Below, piece after piece: positions 10,735 to 20,802 of a stretch of 64,000 nt of DNA; position 1 is the first letter of the stretch, and each line of letters opens with the position of its first letter. The stretch lies in assembly GCA_029856125.1 (NCBI GenBank), contig JAHQWJ010000120.1, positions 192,001 to 256,000 on the forward strand. The letters are read 5' to 3'. Source of the DNA: Promethearchaeia archaeon (GTDB lineage: Archaea; Asgardarchaeota; Lokiarchaeia; Sigyniarchaeales; SOKP01). A model generated the notes under the pieces. That model was not told where the DNA came from. It saw only the letters and a program-made list of their open reading frames with translations, and searched no databases. Made by a program: the position numbers and the translations under genes.

Positions 10735-11883
10735 TTAAGGCATCATTGAAGTTGAACCAGATTTTCTCCTTATTCTATTCTTATAATCTTTTCTATACCA
10801 TCTTTGTCTCTTTAGTGGCATTTTTTCAAACTCTTCCTTTGCTTTATCTGGAGGGAATACTTCTAAAGTCCCATCTTCTCTCTGAATAACACAACCAGAA
10901 TTAACGAGTATTTTATAGTTTTTTGCAGTTTCTTTAGGATCGCCCCAACATATTATTTGGCAATTACCACATGAAAGTTGAACTACGTCGTTCTTAGTCT
11001 CTTCTGTTGGCAGTGAAGACGCTCCTTTACCTCCAGAAAATGAGGCTGGAATGTATCCTTTTGAAGAATCTTTAATTAAAGGTCTTTTCCTCTGACCAGC
11101 CATAGCTGCGGTTAAAGCTCTTGTTACTTCCATCGGGTTTTCTGGATAGTCGTATCGTCCTGGAGAGAATGTTGAAAATTTTCCGGATTTATGTAATCCA
11201 TTAAATCCACCACATGTTAGAACACATCGTAATTTATTTATGCGCTTCGAATAAGAAAATGTGTGACCTCCAAGAGTAACTTCTACTTTTTCATCAAGAG
11301 AAAACATCTGAAAAGCACAAACTTTTGTGCAGATTTTACACTCATCGCAAAATGATTCTGATTCTGGAATAGGATCTGTAGGTTCAAGTTTCGCATTAGT
11401 TATTGTTCCTCCTAAAATTATTACTGTTCCGTATCCTTTTATTCCTACATTACCTGACCAACCAAACGAGGCAACTCCAGATCGTACAGCAAGATATCTT
11501 AATGAAATCTCTGGAGGCAAAGTTATATTCCAACTAGGATCATCCTCTCTATACTTATTATTTGCTATAACGCTTGCTGCTTCATATCCCTTTTCCACTA
11601 AGAATTTAACTATTATTCTAGACATACTACTTGACTTAATATTTGTTTCGATGTTATCCTTTTCATGATCTCCCCTAGCATTGGCATGTGTCTTTCCTAA
11701 ATAAGGTCGAATTAAATCCATTTACATTGGAATTGCCCAACAAACAGCACTTTGAGCACTTGGAAGTAAATATTTCAAGTTCGCTCCTTCTGGACCACCT
11801 GATAAAGTTTCAAGAGTTACAAAACCAACTCGGATAGCCCCTAATTCTTTCAATTTTTGTTCAAGTTCTTCATTCAAAGTCAT
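10735..11883 (-). pseudogene. QueG/RdhA-like [4Fe-4S] protein (copy 2) interrupted by an in-frame TAA at 11722-11724
   Basis: ATG at 11883 with an AAGGTGA RBS encodes MTLNEELEQKLKELGAIRVG...YLLPSAQSAVCWAIPM*. This continues in the same frame with MDLIRPY..., CDECKICTKVC and CGNCQIIC. The N-terminus matches copy 1 (LLPGAQSVIS). Confidence 0.8.
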
Positions 11884-11969
11884 GACTATAATATCACCTT
11901 TAAATTTTATTTTAATCTTTTAATTCTTAAATATATCTCCCTATCTCTACTGTAGTGAAATAACAATTG

Positions 11970-12809
11970 TTATGTTTCATTCAATTTTTTATCTATTACT
12001 TCTCGCATGTACCGAAAACCGGGTGTTAAATTTTCGTCCAATTTTGGAAGTATTTGCCTTAATGGAAACTTTAAACCTTGACCTGCCCCTGTTTGAAATA
12101 AATTCTCCAATACATAAAAAATAAAGTTAGCAGGCATTCCAATTCCCAATTCGTGATCTTGAATTCCTGCAAATGAGCGATCTCCCGTTCCTGGAATAAC
12201 AATCTGGGCTTTTCGAGTAATAAACGGCATGAGTCCCCCCTTTCCACAACTTTCACCAAAACCTTCGAACATTGATTGTATTCTATACTTTCTTCTATGT
12301 TCATAATTCAAAGCATTAATAATATATGTTAACTTCGGGCCATCACAATAAATCATTACGGCATCCGGAATGACTGGAGTTTCCATTAACGGTGAAACAA
12401 TTACTCCACGATACGCTAACTCAATTATATTCTTAAAATTATTCGCATAAATATGTTCTGCTCTTCTTTTCTCAGCTTGAATATCTTTTGACCATTTTTG
12501 ACGCACCTGAGACTCGCTAAATTCTTCCATTGAGAGAGGAACCCATCCGTGGGCAACGGATGACGGTGTGCAAAAATTATCAGCTGCAGTAATGCACAAC
12601 TTATGCCTAAACCTTCGTGCATAAGTAAATGCTTGACAAATAGACATTTTTTCTCCGCTATCAATTGGCCTTCTAACTCCCGCAGGAATTTCCTTTTCAA
12701 TATCTTTTATGTATTTTATTGATATAGGATAAGAATCAAGATGTAATTCATGAAATATTTCTACACCAGCTTTTTGATAATCCTCTAAAGTCTCATTTTT
12801 ATTACTCAT
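11970..12809 (-). CDS. DUF169 family protein
   Basis: ICQAF..AR, 'PDAVMIYC', SCG and PGTGDR..AG....EL patterns. ATG at 12809 follows an AGGTGA RBS. Confidence 0.8.
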   Translation of the reverse strand: MSNKNETLEDYQKAGVEIFHELHLDSYPISIKYIKDIEKEIPAGVRRPIDSGEKMSICQAFTYARRFRHKLCITAADNFCTPSSVAHGWVPLSMEEFSESQVRQKWSKDIQAEKRRAEHIYANNFKNIIELAYRGVIVSPLMETPVIPDAVMIYCDGPKLTYIINALNYEHRRKYRIQSMFEGFGESCGKGGLMPFITRKAQIVIPGTGDRSFAGIQDHELGIGMPANFIFYVLENLFQTGAGQGLKFPLRQILPKLDENLTPGFRYMREVIDKKLNET

Positions 12810-12884
12810 TTCAAATTTCACCTTTCATTTTTACTTTTAGCTTATTTTTTAATCTACATTTCTGGAGCTTGAATTTTAAGATTT

Positions 12885-14681
12885 TTAAATCGGTTTACCT
12901 TGAGCATCCCACCCTCTAATTTGGTAATATTTTTCTAATAAATCTTCTAAGGGAGGAATATTTTTTTTAGTTCCACCTTTTTCAAGGGGTGTATAAAATC
13001 TCTTCCCAAAATTATCGTCAGCTTTAGTGATCCCGCATTTAACATTAAAAACTCTTTTCATTCTAATGATTTCTTGTCCTGCTTTCATGAAATCATCAAC
13101 TGTGTATGCTCTTCCAGTAATTCCATTAAGACCATTTATCCAAGGTGTGAGTTTGTGGATGAACCAGAACCCAAATATGCATCCACCACTGGCAGAATAC
13201 GCCTCGCTGGCATCTTGAATCTTTATTACAGCTTCAGCAACAACTTTCCCCGTTTCAAAACGATCGACTTGTTCGGTTAAACCTATTTCCTCTTTTTGAT
13301 TCATATAGGAAGATAAATGCATCGGTTCATAACAATGGTATGCACCTCGAGGTGTTGTAGCGTAATCTAATGCCGTTAGATTATTGGTTCGAGGTTCATG
13401 AGCAGGAATCTCGAGTCCTTTTCCGTGCATTGAGAGTTCTTCTGGCAATCCCTTTGCTTCACAAAAAGACCTCACTCCCTCAGCTAAATCATCTCCAATT
13501 CCATCTCGATAAGCGATTTTAGCGAAGAGTTTTTCTATAGGTGCAATTGCACCCCAAATATTTTCTTCAGTAAATCCAAATTCATCTAAATTAACATCAA
13601 TTAACTTTCTATCAATAGATTCAAGAAAACATCCTATAACTGCTCCAAGACTAATTGAATCCAGACCAAGATCATTGACTATTAAATTCCATTTGATAAT
13701 CGCCTCTAAGTCGTTAACCATTAAATTAGAACCTAACATTCCTAATGTCTCATACTCTGGGCGAGTTACCCATTCTCCCTCATATTCCACGAATCCCCTG
13801 CAAGCCGTTGGACAATTAAAACAACCATGCATTTTAACTTCTCCTCTTGCTTGTAACGCTTTTGCTCCAATTTTTTTAATCCCAATCCATCTTCCCTCGG
13901 TATAGTTCTTAATAATAATATCTCCTACACTAGCCATGGAATCTATGTGGACCGGTGTACCTGAATCTGCCATTACCATCCCTAATCCGGATGTCTTTAA
14001 TAATTCTCTAAGTTCCTTAGCTGCATTATTTACTTTATCTTTATCTTGAACGGGAACTTTACCCGTACCCTGAACTGCAATGGCTTTTAAGTTCTTGCTA
14101 CCCATTACAGCTCCCATTCCGCAACGTCCAGCTGCGTGATGCTTGTCGTTGATTATGCACGCGTATTTGACTAAATTTTCTCCAGCAGGTCCAATAGCAG
14201 CTACTTTTATTTTATCGTTTCCAAGCAACTCTTTTACTTTTTCATTAGTTTCTTGCGTTCCTTTTCCCCACAATTCAGAAGCATCCTTTATTTCTACTAC
14301 TCCGTCATTTATCCATAGAAAAACCGGACTTTGACTTTTTCCTTTAATGATTACTACATCATACCCTGCAGATTTAAGTTCCTTACCAAAAAACCCTCCT
14401 GAAGACGCTTCACCCAGAATTTTAGTTAGCGGCGATTTTGCTGTAATAAAATATCGACCACAGAAAGGAACAGCCGTGCCGCAAAATGGACCGACTGAGA
14501 AGATCATAAGATTATTCCCATCAAACGGATCAACGTCGGGATCTACCTCTCGCGTGAAGATCGCAGTTGCTAAACCCATTCCACCAATTAAAGATATTTC
14601 ATCTTCATTAGTATAATCTTCATGTTCAATGATTTTTGTTTCTAAATCTATTCTTAAAATTTTTGCGATTTTTACAACCAA
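12885..14681 (-). CDS. aor: Tungsten aldehyde:ferredoxin oxidoreductase (AOR family)
   Basis: KSPLT, IGPAGENLV, AGRCGMGAVMGSKNLKA, CFNCPTAC, PEYET and GLDSIS motifs. TTG start. Confidence 0.92.
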   Translation of the reverse strand: MVVKIAKILRIDLETKIIEHEDYTNEDEISLIGGMGLATAIFTREVDPDVDPFDGNNLMIFSVGPFCGTAVPFCGRYFITAKSPLTKILGEASSGGFFGKELKSAGYDVVIIKGKSQSPVFLWINDGVVEIKDASELWGKGTQETNEKVKELLGNDKIKVAAIGPAGENLVKYACIINDKHHAAGRCGMGAVMGSKNLKAIAVQGTGKVPVQDKDKVNNAAKELRELLKTSGLGMVMADSGTPVHIDSMASVGDIIIKNYTEGRWIGIKKIGAKALQARGEVKMHGCFNCPTACRGFVEYEGEWVTRPEYETLGMLGSNLMVNDLEAIIKWNLIVNDLGLDSISLGAVIGCFLESIDRKLIDVNLDEFGFTEENIWGAIAPIEKLFAKIAYRDGIGDDLAEGVRSFCEAKGLPEELSMHGKGLEIPAHEPRTNNLTALDYATTPRGAYHCYEPMHLSSYMNQKEEIGLTEQVDRFETGKVVAEAVIKIQDASEAYSASGGCIFGFWFIHKLTPWINGLNGITGRAYTVDDFMKAGQEIIRMKRVFNVKCGITKADDNFGKRFYTPLEKGGTKKNIPPLEDLLEKYYQIRGWDAQGKPI

Positions 14682-14932
14682 TTTTTGCTTTTATTTAATT
14701 ATACTTAGTTCCATCTACATGTTATTTATAGGTTTTCAATTGATTATAGTGAGTCATAAATAGTGGTCTAAATCAAATATATTTCTTTTTTTTGCTCTAA
14801 TTTTTATATTATCAAAATAACCTCATCATAACATTTAAATAGATAAATATCTATATACATAACATAAACATATCTTTTAATATTAGAAAAGATGTTTGTA
14901 TAACAATTAATTTTTTAAAAAGGTGATATTGT

Positions 14933-15496
14933 ATGACAACTATTGCAGAAAAATTAATAAAAGAATTAAAAACAAAAGCTTTAACAATTCTTCAATTGAG
15001 TGAAATAATAGGGATTGAAGAACCTAAAATAAGGACTACAATTAATAGATTAAAAGAAAAAACCATAGTACAAGAGACAGGAATGTTTTTAGACAGATAT
15101 AAAATATATAAACTCTCAGACAAACTGTTAAATGCATCTTTCGTAATGAGAATGATAAAGAAGCTTGATGGCGTAAAAGCTGTCATTCTTATAAGTAGTG
15201 TTGATGGTGCACCAATAAGTAGTATACTTCCGGAAGGAATTAGTGAATCACGTTATGCAGCAATGGCTGTAGCTATGTTTAGTTTAATGGAAAGAGCATG
15301 CAAAGATACTAATAAAGGAAAATTTAAATTTTGTCATATTGAAGGAGAAGATGGAAAACTTCTTATCATTTCCTTTAATAAAGGGTTAATTTTGTCGATT
15401 TCATTCGATTCAACAGTAAATAATGACCTGATTTTGACATCTTATATCAAAATTATTGATTTGATAGGTAATTCTTTATCTGATTTAATTCAATAG
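14933..15496 (+). CDS. Winged-HTH + Roadblock/LC7 domain fusion protein
   Basis: N-terminal HTH (LTILQLSEIIGIEEPKIRTTINRL). C-terminal Roadblock pattern GVKAVILISSVDGAPISS...YAAMAVAMFSLMERAC..IEGEDG. AGGTGA RBS. Confidence 0.8.
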   Translation: MTTIAEKLIKELKTKALTILQLSEIIGIEEPKIRTTINRLKEKTIVQETGMFLDRYKIYKLSDKLLNASFVMRMIKKLDGVKAVILISSVDGAPISSILPEGISESRYAAMAVAMFSLMERACKDTNKGKFKFCHIEGEDGKLLIISFNKGLILSISFDSTVNNDLILTSYIKIIDLIGNSLSDLIQ

Positions 15497-15505
15497 AATT
15501 TTATT

Positions 15506-15519
15506 AAAAAAAAAAAAAA
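15506..15519 (-). terminator. Oligo-T (T14 on minus strand) archaeal terminator
   Basis: A14 run on the + strand about 50 nt downstream of the minus-strand gene ending at 15570. Confidence 0.5.
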
Positions 15520-15569
15520 GATTTTAGAAATTTTGATAAAAAAACATTAAGAATTTGTTTGTTTGATCT

Positions 15570-17054
15570 CTAGTCGTTTTTATTTAATTTGTCATTTATA
15601 CCTGCAATCGCTTTAACCATGTTTTTACGGGCTTCAATGTCATATTGAGATGTAATTGCTATCTCTTCCATTACTGGACTTCCACCTCCATGGTAACCCC
15701 CTACCATATGAAGTCCTCCGGTTGCAGAGCATAGCATGTCTCCAACGTATCGCCATAATTGTGCTGCATTTTCGGGTGCTATCTTTGGATTTCTTGTAAT
15801 GTATTTATAGAGTTTATCCTTTAATTTAGGATTAACAAAGTCACGCTCGTGTGGAAATGTAGCCGGAATACCACCTGAAATATCCGTAATTATCTCTGCT
15901 TCACGAAATACATTCTCTCCAGTTAAGCATCTTCCAACATTGGCATAAATTGAGTTAGGAATAAAACTTCCTGGACCATAAGGCACTAGGCCCACACCAG
16001 GAACGTATACTTCGGATCCTCCTAGATCAGATGCGGTATATCCCGCGGCATAGCCAAGCTCCGTAACCAAGATTAATTCAGCCAATTTATGTCTTACATG
16101 TGAAGCTTTTGCGATATTATTGTATTCTGCAGCTAAAGCAGCTGTTCCAACCATAATCTCACCAATTGCAGGTTTGCATCCCGAATAGCTATGTCTGTGA
16201 AAAAGACCAAATAGTAAAGCGAGTGTTCCTCCATGTTGATGTTCACCGCACAAAAAGACTCTTTCCCAAGGTACGAATACATCATCAAAAATTAGATAGG
16301 AATCTGTAAATCCAGGCATAAAACCTCGAGGAAAATGTTCTCTTTCTCGTAAATTATGAATAGTTACTACTTGGCTTACTCCTTCATAATCGCCAGGTAC
16401 CGCGAATGCTACAGCATAATCTTTATCTTCTGGCCTTAGTGCTCTTGTAGGGATAACAAGTAGTTCGTCAGAAACAGAAGCTTCTGAAATGTGGAGTTTA
16501 CAACCTGCTACTATAATCCCGTCTTTTTTCTTTTCTACAACATGTACATACATATCAGGATCTACTTGATCAGCGGGTCGTTTGCTTCGATCCCCTTTTA
16601 CATCGGTTTGTGCGCCAGCCGCAACCAAATCTTCTTTTTGAAATCTTAACAACCATTTTTTAAAATTTTCATGGTAGTTAGTTTCATCCTTATTTATTTT
16701 ATCGCCCTCATACGAAACGTTGTATATGGCATTAGCAGCATCGCAACCCATGCATCGTTGAATACAACGTCCAACTTTCTGGCATAATTTACGCGTCATA
16801 TCTTGTTTTTTATGAAGATCATCAGTACTGTGGTGAATATGCGTAAATCGATTAATAATTTCACCTGTAAGATGAGATTTTACCTGAATCAAATCTTTAA
16901 ATTCTGGATCATCAAATACATCGAATGTAGTTCCAATTGTATTTAGACAAGGCATTTGAAGCGCATCTAATCTATCAATCTCTCTTCCATCATAATAAAG
17001 ATTTGATTTCATTCGACCTAAATCTTTAATGTACTGTTCTTTCGTTCTAACCAT
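15570..17054 (-). CDS. abfD: 4-hydroxybutyryl-CoA dehydratase / vinylacetyl-CoA isomerase family
   Basis: INRFTH, CIQRCMGCD, QTDVKGDRS, HSYSGCK (Fe-S ligands) and HGGGSP motifs. Confidence 0.85.
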   Translation of the reverse strand: MVRTKEQYIKDLGRMKSNLYYDGREIDRLDALQMPCLNTIGTTFDVFDDPEFKDLIQVKSHLTGEIINRFTHIHHSTDDLHKKQDMTRKLCQKVGRCIQRCMGCDAANAIYNVSYEGDKINKDETNYHENFKKWLLRFQKEDLVAAGAQTDVKGDRSKRPADQVDPDMYVHVVEKKKDGIIVAGCKLHISEASVSDELLVIPTRALRPEDKDYAVAFAVPGDYEGVSQVVTIHNLREREHFPRGFMPGFTDSYLIFDDVFVPWERVFLCGEHQHGGTLALLFGLFHRHSYSGCKPAIGEIMVGTAALAAEYNNIAKASHVRHKLAELILVTELGYAAGYTASDLGGSEVYVPGVGLVPYGPGSFIPNSIYANVGRCLTGENVFREAEIITDISGGIPATFPHERDFVNPKLKDKLYKYITRNPKIAPENAAQLWRYVGDMLCSATGGLHMVGGYHGGGSPVMEEIAITSQYDIEARKNMVKAIAGINDKLNKND

Positions 17055-17185
17055 TTTTTATCATTTCATTATTAATTTTTGGAAATAAATTTTTTTTCAA
17101 TATCTGTTATAATTTTTGATATTAAATAATAATAATTTAATACTTATCTTTAGGGTTTATCACTGGTGAAAAAGTTTTAAAAAGG

Positions 17186-18076
17186 TTATATTTTTGCTGG
17201 TGATGCATAACAATAAGCACAATTATGCTTACACCGAAATATTCCCGAATATCCTCCAATATCTTTGGATTTAAAACAGCCACAACCCTTTCTTTGCCCT
17301 GTATCTTTAATTTTTTGAATTTTTTCTTCAATTATTCGCTCAATTTTATTGGCATCTATACAATGAGCTTGTTTTATTCCCATTGTGTCAATCAAATCTG
17401 GTTGACAGCAGGCTTTAATTTGAATATTGTATTTATTACAAATTTCCAATAGCGAGTTAAGAATTTCCTTTTTCTTAGTTAAAGATGGATCAATAGGGAG
17501 ATACCCTCTCTTTTGCAAGCGCTTATTCACTTTTAAATAGATCGTTGCAAAGGAAAATATCATTTCCTTCATTCCAAGGGCAGAAACATTTTCTATAATA
17601 TATTCGAATTTATCTAGATTACTTCTTATTCTTTTTTCATCCTTTCTTTTGTATAATATGATAGGGTCAAATCGAAAACTGATAGCTTTTGATCCAAACT
17701 CATTGATCAACCAATTTAACTGAGAAAATCTCTCTTCTAAGGATATCTTAAGATTTTGCTCTAATTCAGAAGGCGAGTTAATCGTGAATTGAAAATAATG
17801 CCCCTTATACGATCTAAAGATTTGAGTGTTATTTTTATAAGTTTTTATCCATTCTTTAAAGTTCTTACTCCACCACACCCAACATTTTACATCTTCTGTT
17901 GATAATGATACTCTGGATACTTGCTTTCGATTGAACGGATTAATTACATCCACATATCCGTTGTGAATTTTTTCCATTACCCAATCCATCAAGAACGCAG
18001 GTATATCTGTTCTACGAGAGCACGATATTATTGGGGATTGTATAATTATACTGAAATTATTTGATTTACTATCCAT
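17186..18076 (-). CDS. DUF1848 family protein
   Basis: IISCSRRTDIPAF, RFDPI, QRKGCGC..SKDIG.Y and CKHNCAYCYA motifs. Confidence 0.88.
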   Translation of the reverse strand: MDSKSNNFSIIIQSPIISCSRRTDIPAFLMDWVMEKIHNGYVDVINPFNRKQVSRVSLSTEDVKCWVWWSKNFKEWIKTYKNNTQIFRSYKGHYFQFTINSPSELEQNLKISLEERFSQLNWLINEFGSKAISFRFDPIILYKRKDEKRIRSNLDKFEYIIENVSALGMKEMIFSFATIYLKVNKRLQKRGYLPIDPSLTKKKEILNSLLEICNKYNIQIKACCQPDLIDTMGIKQAHCIDANKIERIIEEKIQKIKDTGQRKGCGCFKSKDIGGYSGIFRCKHNCAYCYASPAKI

Positions 18077-18097
18077 TCTTCACTTAAACTTTCGCTA

Positions 18098-18967
18098 TTA
18101 GACTAGTACTCCTATAAGATAAGACACTACTCCTACTTGCATTATTACAAAGATAAGTTTTCGTAACTTTAAGGTATTTTCCTTTGTTTGATTTTTTAAT
18201 AATGAAATTGATAAGAATACGTAGGAAATCACTGGTATTAGAATAAGTACAAGAAAAAGTGGATCCAAATACAGGCGAGAATCAATTAAAACAAAAAAGG
18301 GTAATGGATCCATAATTATTATTATGACATAAAAGACAACTGAAACCTTTGCTGCAGCTTTAAGTCCAAATTTGTTTGGTATGGAATTAATACCTAATTT
18401 TTTATCACCTTCAACATCAGCTATATCAAACATGATTTCTGAACCTAAACCAACAATAAAACCCATGAAAGCAAAGTAAATGATTATCGGTTCTAAACCT
18501 GCATCTGTAACAAGAGAACCAAATAGAATTGTTCCAGCATAAGAATAAGCAATTAAAACATTCTTTACTATTACTAATTTCTTTAGTCCCAAACTGTAGA
18601 TATAAAAAGCCGGGATACTAATTAAAGCCAAAAATAAAGCGACCCCATTTAGAAATAGAATCAGTATAAGATTGATTGTTAACAATAATATCGCAGTTAT
18701 CAAAGCTGATTTTCTACTAATTAAACCTAATACTAAAGGCCTATCACTTCTATTATTCTTAACATCAATTTCGTAATCAATGTAATCATTTATCGCAAAT
18801 GCTCCGGCTTCAGATATGAAGATAATTAAAAACCCTACAATATATTCTAATTGAAATCCTATTAAATCTCCCGTAAGTATTCCGGAAACAAAAAAACCAA
18901 TTGTTCCAAATATGCACAATTCTATTCTAATTAATTTTAAAAACCCGATTATTTTTTCCTTAAACAT
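18098..18967 (-). CDS. UbiA-family prenyltransferase (DGGGP synthase-like)
   Basis: NDYIDYEID..N...RPL and DIADVEGD Asp-rich motifs; multiple TM helices. Confidence 0.88.
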   Translation of the reverse strand: MFKEKIIGFLKLIRIELCIFGTIGFFVSGILTGDLIGFQLEYIVGFLIIFISEAGAFAINDYIDYEIDVKNNRSDRPLVLGLISRKSALITAILLLTINLILILFLNGVALFLALISIPAFYIYSLGLKKLVIVKNVLIAYSYAGTILFGSLVTDAGLEPIIIYFAFMGFIVGLGSEIMFDIADVEGDKKLGINSIPNKFGLKAAAKVSVVFYVIIIIMDPLPFFVLIDSRLYLDPLFLVLILIPVISYVFLSISLLKNQTKENTLKLRKLIFVIMQVGVVSYLIGVLV

Positions 18968-19152
18968 ATTAATTACTCATTAAGGGTCTTAGATATTTAG
19001 TAATATAGAAATTTTTACTACTCGAAATAAACCTTTATATAATTTTTTATAAGTGAAGATTTGAAGCATTTCAGTTATGTAATCTCAAAATACAATTTTG
19101 TAGGAAGATTAACAAATTATAATTTGAATATAATAATAATTCTATTATAAAA

Positions 19153-20799
19153 ATGAATATCGTGGCTTCTAATATTATTTATTCAAAAAAGGTTGAAGTT
19201 GAGCCTTTTAATGAAATTCGAAAAATTCATGGTTCTCAAATCATTTCATCAGATTATCCCGCTTATCTTGTTGATGAAAGTAAATTGGAAGGAACTGCAG
19301 ATTGGCTATTTTTTCCAAAATCAGAAGGGGAGATAATCTCAATTATTAATTATTTAAGAGAAAAAAAAATACCTGCGTATATTAGTGCCGCTCGGACGGG
19401 AATTGTAGGTTCCAGTGTTCCTAAATGCGGTTCAATTCTTTCCATTGAAAAAATGGATAAAATGCTAGGATTTGGATTTGATGAAAATAATGGGAATTAT
19501 TTTTGCCGGTTCGAACCAGGCATTACCTTAAAAGCAATTAATGATAAAATTCTTAAGAAAGAAGTCGAAAAAGTTAAAGAACTTACTCCAAACACAATTT
19601 CACGATTTATTAAAGAAAAAAAATCTTATTATTATCCCATGGATCCAACGGAAATGTCTGCTTCAATAAGCGGTACAGTAGCAACAAATGCTTCAGGGGC
19701 AGGAACATTTAAATATGGTGCAACAAGGAAATGGGTTAAAAAAATTCGGGTTGCGTTAGCAATTGGAGAAATTCTAGAAATTCAGAGAGGGAAATATTTC
19801 GCTTCAAATGATGGAACATTTATTGTAAAACAAACTGATGGAACCGATTTAGTTTTTAAAATCCCCTCCTACAAATTCAATACTAATGTGAAAAATGCAG
19901 CAGGGATATATGCCAAACCGAATATGGATCTTATTGATTTATTTATTGGAAGTGAAGGAATATTCGGTGTTATTACAGAGGTTGAGGTATGGATTATAGA
20001 GAAACATCCATTAATCTCTAATGTTTTATTTTTTAATTCAGAGGAGAATGCTCTTGATTTTGTAAAAAAAATCCGGAATAATCAAACGGTTAGTCCTGAA
20101 TTCATAGAATATTTTTCAGGTGAATCTTTGGATCTTCTCAGAAATATTCAAAATAATAATCCCGCTTTAATAAACATGCCACAAATCCCTTTCAAAGCAA
20201 GATCGGCAATATTTTTTGATCTTCCATATTCCGAAGATAATTTGGTCTCTTACTTTGAAAAGATAGATAAGTTGGCCAAACAATGCAATACAACATTAGA
20301 AGCAAGTTGGTCGGGTTATGATAACCGAGAATTTGCACGCTTCAAGCATTTTAGACATGCTTTACCTGAAACTGTGAATTCCATTATTGCGGAACGTAAA
20401 AGACAATATCCTGATTTACACAAATTAGGCACAGATATGTGTGTTCCAGAAGAAAAATTTGGCGAGATGATGAAATATTATCATTCTGTTTTACGGGAAG
20501 CAACATTAGAGTATGTGATTTTTGGCCATATAGGTGATAATCACGTTCATCTTAACATTCTCCCTAGAAATACTAAAGAACTAAAACTCGGTGTAAAAAT
20601 TTACGAGCAGTTTGCAAAAAAAGCAGTCGAGTACGGTGGAAGTGTTTCTGCTGAGCACGGAATTGGAAAAATAAAAGTGGATTTCTTAAAAATCATGTAT
20701 AATGAGAAGGAAATTGAACAGATGCGGACTGTTAAAAGAGCTCTCGATCCTTTACTACTATTCAATTGTGGAAATATTTTTGAAATGAAGGGTGTATAA
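19153..20799 (+). CDS. FAD-binding oxidoreductase, GlcD/D-lactate dehydrogenase family
   Basis: ARTGIVG, DPTE.SASISG.VATNASG, GSEGIFGVIT, FGHIGDNHVH and SAEHGIGK motifs. Confidence 0.88.
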   Translation: MNIVASNIIYSKKVEVEPFNEIRKIHGSQIISSDYPAYLVDESKLEGTADWLFFPKSEGEIISIINYLREKKIPAYISAARTGIVGSSVPKCGSILSIEKMDKMLGFGFDENNGNYFCRFEPGITLKAINDKILKKEVEKVKELTPNTISRFIKEKKSYYYPMDPTEMSASISGTVATNASGAGTFKYGATRKWVKKIRVALAIGEILEIQRGKYFASNDGTFIVKQTDGTDLVFKIPSYKFNTNVKNAAGIYAKPNMDLIDLFIGSEGIFGVITEVEVWIIEKHPLISNVLFFNSEENALDFVKKIRNNQTVSPEFIEYFSGESLDLLRNIQNNNPALINMPQIPFKARSAIFFDLPYSEDNLVSYFEKIDKLAKQCNTTLEASWSGYDNREFARFKHFRHALPETVNSIIAERKRQYPDLHKLGTDMCVPEEKFGEMMKYYHSVLREATLEYVIFGHIGDNHVHLNILPRNTKELKLGVKIYEQFAKKAVEYGGSVSAEHGIGKIKVDFLKIMYNEKEIEQMRTVKRALDPLLLFNCGNIFEMKGV

Positions 20800-20802
20800 G
20801 AA

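Noticed and set aside
11722-11724. Selenocysteine or pyrrolysine recoding of the internal stop
   Set aside because: The codon is TAA, not TGA or TAG.
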